Of a stretch of 34,673 bases of DNA, positions 1-8,781 are shown one piece after another. The stretch comes from a virus (lineage: Duplodnaviria; Heunggongvirae; Uroviricota; Caudoviricetes): the IMG/VR virus record IMGVR_UViG_3300013121_000003, positions 1-34,673 of that record. The stretch is one strand, 5' to 3'. Both the position numbers and the translations under genes were made by a program. The notes beneath the pieces are model-generated. The model searched no databases, had not been told where the DNA came from, and was given only the letters and a program-made list of their open reading frames with translations. Numbering within the stretch: position 1 is the stretch's first letter; each line of letters begins with the position of its first letter.

Positions 1-153
1 ACGAGCAATCCAATATTTTGTATTATCATTTAATTCATGATGATCTAATAATTTAGTTCTATGTTCATTAGTTCCACGACGAGCAATCCAATATTTTGTA
101 TTATCATTTAATTCATGATGATCTAATAATTTAGTTCTATGTTCATTAGTTCC
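1..153 (-). repeat. 78-bp tandem repeat (at least 2 units visible)
   Basis: ACGAGCAATCCAATATTTTG starts at both 1 and 79. Confidence 0.95.
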
Positions 154-270
154 ACCACTAGCAATCCAAGATTTTTCTTTATATGAAATATTAGGATTAG
201 ATAGACATTTATCTAACCATCCTGGATGTTTCATTTTAATAAGTTCAAGAGATGAATATTTATCTAACAT
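1..270 (-). CDS. 26-aa tandem-repeat (HEAT-like) protein, paralog of 19244..19804; runs off the window edge
   Basis: Manual translation from ATG at 270: MLDKYSSLELIKMKHPGWLDKCLSNPNISYKEKSWIASGGTNEHRTKLLDHHELNDNTKYWIARRG...; not in the ORF track because it is truncated. Confidence 0.9.
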   Translation of the reverse strand, partial: MLDKYSSLELIKMKHPGWLDKCLSNPNISYKEKSWIASGGTNEHRTKLLDHHELNDNTKYWIARRGTNEHRTKLLDHHELNDNTKYWIAR

Positions 271-458
271 TTTCGATCTATATACTCTTCACCAAAGATG
301 AATTCTCTATTAATTTTCTCTTTGTTTATTCGTGGAAATGCTATGACATATTGTTGTTGAGGTAGAAGATCAACCACGATTCCTTCCAATTGTCCAGAAC
401 CATAGAGTTTAACTTTATCTCCAACTGTGTATTTGAAACTAAATTCGGTATTGGCCAT
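264..458 (-). CDS. hypothetical protein (possible SH3-like barrel)
   Basis: 64-aa ORF overlapping neighbours in a tightly packed operon; VGDKVKL...GIVV pattern. Confidence 0.6.
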   Translation of the reverse strand: MANTEFSFKYTVGDKVKLYGSGQLEGIVVDLLPQQQYVIAFPRINKEKINREFIFGEEYIDRKC

Positions 459-807
459 TTTTCTGTTCTCCTAGTGGCGGAATGATGACAATAGGAATAC
501 CAATCTCTGTAGCAAAATCAATCTCTCTCCTTACACCAACCGACTTTTCCCAACCTGGGATGCAGTAAACATGCAACACTCTAGATAGTCTCAAGAAGGA
601 CATATTGAACTCGTCCCAAAATTTGGCGTCTGTTGGAAGATTATGCTTTTTGGCCAATTCATGACCATAAACGATTGGAGAAAAAGGAATTTGACCACGA
701 TTTATTAAATCAGAACAATACTTCATTACTAAGTGATATCGTTCTTCCATAACTTTATGTTCAGGATGTGAATAAGGTGAAGCAACGTATATAATGTTAA
801 TCTCCAT
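439..807 (-). CDS. DUF1937 / nucleoside 2-deoxyribosyltransferase-like protein
   Basis: IYVASPYS, FSPIVYGH and GWEKSVGVRREI motifs. Confidence 0.8.
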   Translation of the reverse strand: MEINIIYVASPYSHPEHKVMEERYHLVMKYCSDLINRGQIPFSPIVYGHELAKKHNLPTDAKFWDEFNMSFLRLSRVLHVYCIPGWEKSVGVRREIDFATEIGIPIVIIPPLGEQKNGQYRI

Positions 808-1159
808 AAAAAATTTTTTCTCTTGGCACTTGATATTTATACTTCTTCTTTAAAATTTTTCTTTGTTCATCTGTGCCATAATAATGTATTTGAAGAATAG
901 AATATATTTCTAAATGTTGATATTTCAAAAGAGAATCAAATATTTCTTTATTTCCCCAAAAAGACAAAAAATTTACAATTGAGGTTGGCAATTTTCTTTT
1001 TTCAATCAAATTAATCATCATTGGTTCATTTAAATATGTTCTAGAAAGTTGAACTAATTCTTCATGGGACAAATCAGTATTGTCTATACATTTATTTACC
1101 CATACATCATTTCTTTGTCTTATTAACAATCTTGACGAATATATATCTAATTTGGTCAT
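797..1159 (-). CDS. divergent member of the DxYSSxxLI helical-repeat family
   Basis: N-terminus KLDIYSSRLLIR; degenerate repeat IHYYGTDEQRKIL. Confidence 0.65.
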   Translation of the reverse strand: MTKLDIYSSRLLIRQRNDVWVNKCIDNTDLSHEELVQLSRTYLNEPMMINLIEKRKLPTSIVNFLSFWGNKEIFDSLLKYQHLEIYSILQIHYYGTDEQRKILKKKYKYQVPREKIFYGD

Positions 1160-1572
1160 TCTATGATCTCCACACCATCTCCATCCATTGTATAGACGAT
1201 GGAACGAATGTCAAATGTAGAAATAGCACTCTGGCAACCAAGACATGGTTTTGAAAGACCAAAAATCATCTTAGATTTATCAGAAGACGAATATTTCATT
1301 CTACATATATATAACGTTGATTTACTGATGTTATGAAGAGAAGAAGTCTTCAATGCGTTTTTGATGCAGTCTGTTTCTGCATGAAGAAATATCGAATCAG
1401 AGTTTTTCGAATATTGAGCCTGGAAAGGATGACTTTTCATTTGACAAATTCCAAATGAAAGAATCTCGTTTCGATGAACTAGACATGCGGCCATTCTAAC
1501 TTTTCGAACAGGCTCAATAGTCAGCGCAATCTTCGAAAGAAGATTGATGTACTTCAGATGCTTTTCGTCCAT
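1156..1572 (-). CDS. cytidine/dCMP deaminase-fold zinc protein
   Basis: HAE ... KPCLGC zinc-binding motifs. Confidence 0.85.
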   Translation of the reverse strand: MDEKHLKYINLLSKIALTIEPVRKVRMAACLVHRNEILSFGICQMKSHPFQAQYSKNSDSIFLHAETDCIKNALKTSSLHNISKSTLYICRMKYSSSDKSKMIFGLSKPCLGCQSAISTFDIRSIVYTMDGDGVEIIE

Positions 1573-1575
1573 GAT

Positions 1576-1785
1576 TTAGAATATTTTGTCTAATCTCAAA
1601 TCTTCAAGAATTTTACGAAGTTTTTCGATTTCATCAGCAGCTTCATCTAAAATACTTTGCTGAATTAAAATGTTTCCACCCATCATTGGATGACGAGTAT
1701 ACATACGTAATTTTTTAACAATGTCTGTTTGTTTAAGTTCGTCCATTGTTAAACTTTTTCTTTCGACCAATTGAATGCTTAACAA
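1576..1785 (-). CDS. hypothetical protein (true start probably MDELK)
   Basis: DIVKKLR...LDEAADEIEKLR pattern common in small phage proteins. Confidence 0.6.
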   Translation of the reverse strand: MLSIQLVERKSLTMDELKQTDIVKKLRMYTRHPMMGGNILIQQSILDEAADEIEKLRKILEDLRLDKIF

Positions 1786-2215
1786 CCAATTCCCATTGAT
1801 CTTTTTCTTTGGCAGAAATAATCTTGATCTTGTTAAGTTGGGCTCTATTTTCTTCCAAGTCTTCTCTATGAAGAAGTTCGATCAATCCCCAATCATCTAG
1901 AAGACAAGCAATCGTATTTCTTCTTTGAATGTCGTCAGGGGAAATTATTGTTTTCTTTTCTGTTCCATCTGGTAAAACGAACGTATCTCGACCTTCGAAC
2001 ATAAAGAGTTCTTTGAAATGAAAAATAGCGTACTGAGATTGTTTATGGAGAACGTGACAAGATTGGATTAGAGATTTTCCTTTTGGACCGACCTTATTAG
2101 GATCATAAGAAGCAATTCCCATTCTGGTTAGGGTTTCACGAACTTTCAAGAAGTCTTCTGATTTTTTTAGTTTAAACTTGGCACCATAACCATTAAAAAT
2201 ATCATCCATTATCAA
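1733..2215 (-). CDS. regA: RegA translational repressor
   Basis: DFLKVRETLTRMGIAS, QSCHVLHKQ, HFKELF and RRNTIA motifs; follows gp62. Confidence 0.95.
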   Translation of the reverse strand: MIMDDIFNGYGAKFKLKKSEDFLKVRETLTRMGIASYDPNKVGPKGKSLIQSCHVLHKQSQYAIFHFKELFMFEGRDTFVLPDGTEKKTIISPDDIQRRNTIACLLDDWGLIELLHREDLEENRAQLNKIKIISAKEKDQWELVVKHSIGRKKKFNNGRT

Positions 2216-2592
2216 CCGCCTCGAAATAGCATTTCCTTGATTTGTTCATATTGTTCTTCTGAAAGCATAAACGAAACTTCTTTTGCCTTCTTTACGTTGT
2301 ATTTATAAACTTCCATAATAACCGCAATTCGTTCGCTTTCTTTCTTCTTGGGATACTGGATAAATGGTCGCTTGGTCTTCTTAATCGAATTGTAAAGATA
2401 ATCATATTGCATCTTATTATCAGTCTTGTGTAGAATATTCATATCGTTCGCATAAAACAGTGTATCGATATGAACCGACAATGCTCGATTAACAACGAAC
2501 GGATAATAGACGCCTTCCTCAAATTCAGAATTATAATCATGACCAGAATCAGTCATGATGGACTTCACGTAATCAAATACAGTTTCACTCAT
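2212..2592 (-). CDS. 62: clamp loader small subunit gp62
   Basis: YYPFVVNRALS...ANDMN...QYDYL...RGG; synteny with gp44 and regA. Confidence 0.93.
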   Translation of the reverse strand: MSETVFDYVKSIMTDSGHDYNSEFEEGVYYPFVVNRALSVHIDTLFYANDMNILHKTDNKMQYDYLYNSIKKTKRPFIQYPKKKESERIAVIMEVYKYNVKKAKEVSFMLSEEQYEQIKEMLFRGG

Positions 2593-2601
2593 TTTAATCT
2601 C

Positions 2602-2766
2602 TCAGTAATGACCCTTACCGTTACATTTTTTACACTTAGACCAAATAATCAAATCAACAAGTAAAGTTAATCCAAATGTAAAAAATGCGAACGGCCAATT
2701 GATCTCAAACTTTTCACCGTTTCCTTTGCACTCTTCGCAAATTGTTACTACTTTTGCTTTTGTCAT
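2602..2766 (-). CDS. small membrane protein with split DnaJ-type zinc finger (54 aa)
   Basis: Manual translation MTKAKVVTICEECKGNGEKFEINWPFAFFTFGLTLLVDLIIWSKCKKCNGKGHY; two CxxCxGxG motifs. Confidence 0.7.
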   Translation of the reverse strand: MTKAKVVTICEECKGNGEKFEINWPFAFFTFGLTLLVDLIIWSKCKKCNGKGHY

Positions 2767-2872
2767 CTTTTGGTTTGATTTCCTTATCTACAAGAGTTCC
2801 TTCATAGAATACGAACACTTCGTCGTAATCTTCCTTTGGAACCACGATTTTTTCGAATACAGACTTGTTCAT
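2714..2872 (-). CDS. hypothetical protein (52 aa)
   Basis: Manual translation MNKSVFEKIVVPKEDYDEVFVFYEG...; ATGA overlap with the upstream stop. Confidence 0.55.
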   Translation of the reverse strand: MNKSVFEKIVVPKEDYDEVFVFYEGTLVDKEIKPKDDKSKSSNNLRRVQRKR

Positions 2873-3114
2873 TTACATTCTACCTTATTATTTTTTGAAA
2901 TTTCTGTTCTTTTTCCTAAAGAAAAGCATTCTTGGTTTTTTATCCAAAAATTATCATCTACTTTAGTAAAAAACATAAACTTTATAAACAAAAAAACAAG
3001 AATGAAAGAAATTAATATAACAATACCTGAAAATATACCACCAAAATTCATTAATTTAATTCCTTCTGATTTCTCCATGTTATCAATTGAAGAATATCTG
3101 AACAATTTTGACAA
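2869..3114 (-). CDS. small membrane protein (start probably MEKSEG)
   Basis: One hydrophobic helix; operon packing. Confidence 0.55.
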   Translation of the reverse strand: MSKLFRYSSIDNMEKSEGIKLMNFGGIFSGIVILISFILVFLFIKFMFFTKVDDNFWIKNQECFSLGKRTEISKNNKVECK

Positions 3115-3278
3115 ATCTTTACATTTTCCATAGAACCATCAGATTTCTTCATAGAAATTATATTTGGTTTAACTGCCCCATATTTAGTTTTGCACAATGG
3201 GCAACGGCGTCTGAAGATTTTATCTAATAAGATTTTTAGGATTTCCATTCTACATCCAACATCAATTCTGCAAAACAA
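3051..3278 (-). CDS. small zinc-finger protein (start probably MEILK)
   Basis: CPLC...CQNC. Confidence 0.55.
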   Translation of the reverse strand: MFCRIDVGCRMEILKILLDKIFRRRCPLCKTKYGAVKPNIISMKKSDGSMENVKICQNCSDILQLITWRNQKELN

Positions 3279-4186
3279 GCAGCATTGTTAATATCTTGAT
3301 CAGCAACTAACGATGCCTGATATTGATATTTAGCCAATGTCAAGACCAGTGATGGAATTGATTCAGAAGTCACGAACATATGCGATAGATCATAGAACTT
3401 CTTGTAAATCTCAGAAGTGTTCAGGTCTGAGTTCTCGTTGATCCATTCTCTGACCTTGGTAAAATTCTTGGACTTCATATGATCAATAAGAGTCTTCAAC
3501 CTTTCTTCTGTAAATCTAGCCAGAATTCCAACATCAATAATTCCAGTTGATTGGCCATATGTCTGAAGTTCACCAAGCATTTTTCTCATATCTGGATAAT
3601 GACGTTTGATGAATTCAACCAAGACCTTCTTGTCATACTTGATGTTCTCGACATCAAGTATAGACATCAGTCGATCATAAATTTGCTTGGCAACACTCTT
3701 GAAATCATCCTTGCTGAAACGAAAATCAATCACCGTGCATCGTGAGTGAAGAGGCTGGATGATCCTGTTCTTATAATTACAGGTCATGATGAAACTTGTA
3801 ACCGATGCAAACTCTTCCATGAACGCACGAAGAGCGGGTTGGAAGCTTGAGGGATTTAAATGATCTGCTTCGTCAAGAATGACGTATTTTCTCTTTCCAT
3901 CAATCGAAACTGATGAAGAGAAATTCATGATTTCAGTTCTTAGAGTATCAATATTTCCATTCAAAGATGCATTGATAACATGATATGTAGAACCAATCTC
4001 TTCAACCATAGCCTTGGCACAAGACGTTTTTCCGGTGCCCGAGGAACCTGCCAAAATCAGATTGGGAATGTTTCCAGAATCGACGAACGATTGGAATTGA
4101 ACTCTCAAAGAATCAGTCAGAATTGTTTCTGAAATTCTGTGTGGACGATACTTTTCAACGAACAAAAACTGATCAGCCTTATTCAC
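3236..4186 (-). CDS. 44: clamp loader large subunit gp44 (AAA+)
   Basis: VEKYRP, Walker A GSSGTGKT, Walker B ILDEAD and SRC motif. Confidence 0.97.
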   Translation of the reverse strand: MNKADQFLFVEKYRPHRISETILTDSLRVQFQSFVDSGNIPNLILAGSSGTGKTSCAKAMVEEIGSTYHVINASLNGNIDTLRTEIMNFSSSVSIDGKRKYVILDEADHLNPSSFQPALRAFMEEFASVTSFIMTCNYKNRIIQPLHSRCTVIDFRFSKDDFKSVAKQIYDRLMSILDVENIKYDKKVLVEFIKRHYPDMRKMLGELQTYGQSTGIIDVGILARFTEERLKTLIDHMKSKNFTKVREWINENSDLNTSEIYKKFYDLSHMFVTSESIPSLVLTLAKYQYQASLVADQDINNAACFAELMLDVEWKS

Positions 4187-4371
4187 ATTCTTCTCCTATG
4201 AACAAACTTTGATATCAACAAAAGTGGAAAAGTTACAATTACTAAGATTAGCCAGATTGCACTTCTATAGAATCCATACATTTTCATGAGGTTCCAGTAT
4301 CGTATCATCTCTATCAAGGCAACAACAGTTCCAAGAGTCCACAATACGATAACGACAACCATCAGTGACAA
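4183..4371 (-). CDS. small membrane protein
   Basis: Two hydrophobic segments. Confidence 0.6.
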   Translation of the reverse strand: MSLMVVVIVLWTLGTVVALIEMIRYWNLMKMYGFYRSAIWLILVIVTFPLLLISKFVHRRRM

Positions 4372-4383
4372 ATATACATCTCC

Positions 4384-5073
4384 CTAAAAATAATCTGGAC
4401 GCTTATTAAACGACTTATCAGAATCAAATGGATGCCAGTATTTATCTTTATCATATTCGAAATTAAATTCTGATGATTTAAAAAGAGAATTAATTTTAAT
4501 CATATATCCATTAAAAATACTAAACGGTTTATTTCCAATTTGAACTAAACAATACATATTGATATGTGGGTTTATGTCGAATTCAAAAAGAGAAACGTCT
4601 AGAACTCTATTGAGAGACGAACCAGAATTGAAAATATCATCAACAACACAAACAGGTAATGTTCTGTCTGGAATTCCATCAACAAAATTGAAAAGACCGT
4701 ATGCCTTTCTTTCTTTTCGAACACCATATGAATTTATAGATATACCCAATTTTCTCATAGCTGATTGATATGAAGCTATCAAAGGAAGAGAACCTGTTTC
4801 TAATCCAGCAAATTGAAATTTTCCATAATCATTATTCTTCTCTATTTGCTTAAGAAATAACATAGAAGCAGCAGACATCATGTCTGAATCGTGAATCAGA
4901 TTTCTGAGATAAAATTGCCAACTCGTTTTATAACCAGGATTTTTTCCAGGAATCTTTCCAGGAGGTAAATCAGAATGATATTGGATGTTTGGATCACACC
5001 TGAAAATACATTTCCTATCGATAAAATCGAACAGAATTTTCTTAAGTTCATTCGCCTCTGAATCAGTTATCAT
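4384..5073 (-). CDS. type I phosphoribosyltransferase (OPRTase-like)
   Basis: AGLETGSLP, RKERKAYG loop and PRPP motif VVDDIFNSGSS. Confidence 0.85.
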   Translation of the reverse strand: MITDSEANELKKILFDFIDRKCIFRCDPNIQYHSDLPPGKIPGKNPGYKTSWQFYLRNLIHDSDMMSAASMLFLKQIEKNNDYGKFQFAGLETGSLPLIASYQSAMRKLGISINSYGVRKERKAYGLFNFVDGIPDRTLPVCVVDDIFNSGSSLNRVLDVSLFEFDINPHINMYCLVQIGNKPFSIFNGYMIKINSLFKSSEFNFEYDKDKYWHPFDSDKSFNKRPDYF

Positions 5074-5659
5074 CTAAATCATCTCTCGTCAGAATAGAAA
5101 GTGCTTTGTGTGAACGACCAAGATAACGATCATAATATTCATGCTCTTCTTCATCAAAATGATTGTATCTATACTTGTTAAGAACAGCAAAAATACATGG
5201 AAGAGTTTCTAATTTAAGTTCCTTAGTTATCACGTTATGACAATGAATGAATGAGTTGGTAGAATTACAAAGATCGTCCACAATCAAAACGGGAAGACCG
5301 TTATAACTTCCTTCAACCCAATTATGAATTCCATATGTCTTCTTTTCACTTCTGATCATGAATGAGTTAATGCGTTCAAAGGCAGCATACTTTACATGTA
5401 AAGGCAAACATGTCAGGAGCGGAATAGATGACCATTCTCTTCCTGCAATCTGAAAATCCCAATGACCGATTTCGTCCTTGACGATTCGAACAAACTCTTC
5501 TCCGATCATTTCAAGCATATCTGTGTTATACAAGAGTTTCGATAGATAGAATTGGCTCTTGTATCTCGCACCAGGAAGTTTCCCAAGAAAGAATTCATCC
5601 TTCTTGGAATATTCGATGCAGTTCTTCTTTATAAAATAGGAGATACTTTTCTTACTCAT
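5063..5659 (-). CDS. type I phosphoribosyltransferase (OPRTase-like), paralog
   Basis: AGREWSSIP, RSEKKTYG loop and IVDDLCNSTNS. Confidence 0.82.
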   Translation of the reverse strand: MSKKSISYFIKKNCIEYSKKDEFFLGKLPGARYKSQFYLSKLLYNTDMLEMIGEEFVRIVKDEIGHWDFQIAGREWSSIPLLTCLPLHVKYAAFERINSFMIRSEKKTYGIHNWVEGSYNGLPVLIVDDLCNSTNSFIHCHNVITKELKLETLPCIFAVLNKYRYNHFDEEEHEYYDRYLGRSHKALSILTRDDLDDN

Positions 5660-6314
5660 TGAACGTAGACTTCATGTGAGCGGCTAACCAATATTCAACT
5701 TTTCCAGAATACAGATGTGCAAACTTGATCTTCGAAATCGTTACGTCATATTGACGTGGAAGAAAGACAAGTTTGTCTGATTCAAAGATCAGATTGAATT
5801 TCTTGTCGGTTTCTCCGATTTGAAGAGAAAAGCTATCTGCGGTTCCGTCCGTATTCCATGTCTTCAGAAGAAGCTTTCCTTCTTCCCCAACCACGCAAAT
5901 TCCAGAATGTGAAAGAACATTCATGGCCTTGATAGCTTGAGTAATCATATCAGGAGAAAGAACGAACTTCAGATAAACGTCCTTCTCATTGATATTCTTG
6001 AGTCTCTTGTCGGAATTGTGAATCATCTCTGGATCACAATATCCGTACTTGATACTCGAATTGTCATTCTTGAGTGTAAGATATCGTTCAGAGAACTCAA
6101 CATCACAATCTCTCATGAATGAAATAGTTCTGAGAAACTTATTCAAATCATATATTGCGAACGCTCTGTCAAATTCATTTGGAACAGTTGATTTGGCAGA
6201 GATTGTTTGTGTCTTGGAAGTTGTTCTGAGAACATTTCCTTCTTCGATTAAAATTGAAGGATTGATCTTCTGAAAGTTCTCAAGAATCTCGATAGTCTCA
6301 ATATCAAATTTCAT
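5652..6314 (-). CDS. 45: sliding clamp gp45
   Basis: ETIEILENFQKINPSI, FAIYDLNKFL and VEYWLA motifs. Confidence 0.95.
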   Translation of the reverse strand: MKFDIETIEILENFQKINPSILIEEGNVLRTTSKTQTISAKSTVPNEFDRAFAIYDLNKFLRTISFMRDCDVEFSERYLTLKNDNSSIKYGYCDPEMIHNSDKRLKNINEKDVYLKFVLSPDMITQAIKAMNVLSHSGICVVGEEGKLLLKTWNTDGTADSFSLQIGETDKKFNLIFESDKLVFLPRQYDVTISKIKFAHLYSGKVEYWLAAHMKSTFNE

Positions 6315-6317
6315 TTA

Positions 6318-6530
6318 TCACCATGAATCATAATCAGTTACATTTTTTTCTTTTTTACAATGTTTACATTTAACAACTACACCAGTTCCTATTCCATTTC
6401 CTCCTAATAATTTGACGATAATCTTTGGTCCTAATTTTTTGGTTTTCTTACATTGATGATTTAAATAGAAATCCCAAATATCTTTATTTTCTTGTTCAGA
6501 AAACATTTTGTTGTTTTCTTCCATGATCAT
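6318..6530 (-). CDS. small zinc-binding hypothetical protein
   Basis: HQC...GIG...KCKHC...NVTDYDSW. Confidence 0.6.
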   Translation of the reverse strand: MIMEENNKMFSEQENKDIWDFYLNHQCKKTKKLGPKIIVKLLGGNGIGTGVVVKCKHCKKEKNVTDYDSW

Positions 6531-7543
6531 TTTTTCTTATCTCTTGCCTTCTTAATGAGATTGACATCGGCTGTTGGGCTTGCGCCAAGAGCGGCAATAT
6601 CCACTAGAGAACCACCAAAAACATATGAACCAGTGTGTTCTAGCTTCATCCAAGGACAAATCCAAACGTGTAATCCAGCCTTCCTGGCAGCTTGACAAAA
6701 ATCATAATCCTCACTCAGATAACGCATTGAGGATTTTTTCATTCTTTCTGCTAATGAGCGGGCATCATTCGCTAATTCATCAATTGACTTTTTCTTATTA
6801 GCAATATTTGTCAAAACAGTTAAGGCATCGTCCCAATTAAAACCACGATCAATCGGACAGTCGAAATATGCCATGATCATGCGAGTGCCGTCAAACGCTT
6901 CTGTTCGAACATGATCAGGTTTATACCATCTTGAAGGGTAGGCAGCTTGGTATTTCTCAAAGGTGTTGCGTCGAATCATCATGAAGCCAGTTCCAGCTTC
7001 TAGAACTTCTACAGGCTGCATAACATTGAAAGAACTCATGCCTTCAGCCGGATTGAAAACGTAATCACCAACAAACTTAGAAAGGTTGTTTGGGTCTTCG
7101 TCAGCAAATCCCTTATCAACCGCTTGTTTGATCTTTTCCCATGAAATTGTTTTCTTGGGATATGGAGCACAAAGAACATCATACGTATTGTCTGGTGAAG
7201 ACGACATGGCTAATAGGCCAATTACATCGTTAGCCTGAAATCCAATGTCTGAGTCAATGAACATCATATGAGTTGCGTCGGATCGCATGAATTCATCTGC
7301 GCAATAATTTCTGGCTCGTGGAATCAAACTCTCATTGAATAGGAAATAAATCTGAAGAGGAATTCCATAATTCAAACAAAGCTGTCCAAGATCAATCATC
7401 GAACGGGAGAAAGAACCGTGACAAATTCCACCATACATTGGAACAGCAACAAAGAGTTTGTTCTTCTTTAGGTCTTCGACTTTTACTTGAAGGTGAAATC
7501 CTTTATTTTCTTCCTTAGTTAATTCTTTATTATCTTCACTCAT
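6527..7543 (-). CDS. GT-A fold glycosyltransferase-like protein
   Basis: ESLIPRARN, FIDSD (DxD), GTGFMMIRR and YLSEDY.FC motifs. Confidence 0.8.
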   Translation of the reverse strand: MSEDNKELTKEENKGFHLQVKVEDLKKNKLFVAVPMYGGICHGSFSRSMIDLGQLCLNYGIPLQIYFLFNESLIPRARNYCADEFMRSDATHMMFIDSDIGFQANDVIGLLAMSSSPDNTYDVLCAPYPKKTISWEKIKQAVDKGFADEDPNNLSKFVGDYVFNPAEGMSSFNVMQPVEVLEAGTGFMMIRRNTFEKYQAAYPSRWYKPDHVRTEAFDGTRMIMAYFDCPIDRGFNWDDALTVLTNIANKKKSIDELANDARSLAERMKKSSMRYLSEDYDFCQAARKAGLHVWICPWMKLEHTGSYVFGGSLVDIAALGASPTADVNLIKKARDKKK

Positions 7544-8010
7544 GCTTTCTTAATTCCTTTCACGGCCACTTCATTGAAACCACTTTCTGGAACAAATGTC
7601 GGATTTTGTGTTTCCAATTTATGACGATTTTTATTTGAATAATGAGCCATCATCATCAAAAAATGAACGGCTTTATATAAATCTTCATTATTATAACCGC
7701 CTTTCTTACCATAACGCAAGACATATTTTAGAACATTTCCAGACAGATAATCTAATGTCGATGCATTAGACATAACATATTCAACTGTCTGAATTCCTCC
7801 TGCATAATGTCCCTTATACGTTCCCTTGATGTGTTTTGATAATTCCATCAGGAAAGTATCTTCGCTATATTTGTAATCGTTAACACTAACATAATCTTTA
7901 CCACTTCCACCAGAACCACTCACTGATGGATCATATGAAGTATTTGAATAAATTTGATCACGTATTCCCATCGTTACTCCTAAAATCTGCATGTGTATAA
8001 TTGAAACCAA
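7540..8010 (-). CDS. DUF3310/SaV-like (T7 gp1.7-like) protein; start probably MGIRD
   Basis: HY..GIQ...GNVLKYVLRYGKK...DLYKAVHF. Confidence 0.75.
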   Translation of the reverse strand: MVSIIHMQILGVTMGIRDQIYSNTSYDPSVSGSGGSGKDYVSVNDYKYSEDTFLMELSKHIKGTYKGHYAGGIQTVEYVMSNASTLDYLSGNVLKYVLRYGKKGGYNNEDLYKAVHFLMMMAHYSNKNRHKLETQNPTFVPESGFNEVAVKGIKKA

Positions 8011-8488
8011 GCTTCTTGGCTTTCTTAATCAAAATATCTAATGTAATTCTGCTAAGTCCAGTTGTAATCAGTTTCCCTTCCATGTGTTCCATCTCATGAC
8101 ACATAATTCGTGCAGTCATTCCCTGATAGATTTCAGTTACCGTTTCTCCTGAAGGTAACGTAAACCGAATTCTGATCTTTAGTGGTCTATCTTTCTTGAC
8201 CGTAATTCCAGGAAGAGAAAGGCAAGCTTCATCGAGAACCATTGTCTGTGGAGATTGGTCTACAATGATCGGATTGAAGCAACACATGATTGGATCAGAG
8301 GCGACTACAAACGCTCTGTAGGGCAATCCTACTTGATTGGCAGACAATCCTACGCCATTCTTGGCCACCATCGTTTCAGCCAAGTCATGAGCCAATTGCT
8401 TCGGATCAATTGGTGGATTTGAAAAATCAAATCGTGGAAGCTTCTGATGTAGAAGAGGATTGGTAGATTTTACTAATTGATAAATCAT
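7958..8488 (-). CDS. def: peptide deformylase
   Basis: GVGLSANQVG, EACLS and HEMEH motifs. Confidence 0.92.
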   Translation of the reverse strand: MIYQLVKSTNPLLHQKLPRFDFSNPPIDPKQLAHDLAETMVAKNGVGLSANQVGLPYRAFVVASDPIMCCFNPIIVDQSPQTMVLDEACLSLPGITVKKDRPLKIRIRFTLPSGETVTEIYQGMTARIMCHEMEHMEGKLITTGLSRITLDILIKKAKKLGFNYTHADFRSNDGNT

Positions 8489-8781
8489 ATAAAATTACTC
8501 TTGATCAAATAAAGAACAACAATAAACGTAAAGAACGTTGCAACCGAAAAAAAAGCGTTTCTAGTTAAAAACTGAATGAACTTACATTCATGTGGATTCT
8601 TCGATGTTATTAAGTCATAGAGAAAAGCGTATGAAAAAATGAAAATTAGAAGTGGCCCTACTAACAGAAACGAGATAAACATAGGAAAACTCAAAACATT
8701 TTCTCTAGACCATTTTCCAATGAGAGCAAAGACCACAAAAGAACAAAGATTGAATACAAAATATGTCGTCCAAAAATCCAT
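8485..8781 (-). CDS. membrane protein
   Basis: Three hydrophobic segments. Confidence 0.6.
   Translation of the reverse strand: MDFWTTYFVFNLCSFVVFALIGKWSRENVLSFPMFISFLLVGPLLIFIFSYAFLYDLITSKNPHECKFIQFLTRNAFFSVATFFTFIVVLYLIKSNFI

Noticed and set aside
2869-3114. Sixth DxYSS family member (KLFRYSS)
   Set aside because: The motif lies in an upstream extension overlapping another gene, and the rest is a membrane protein without the repeat
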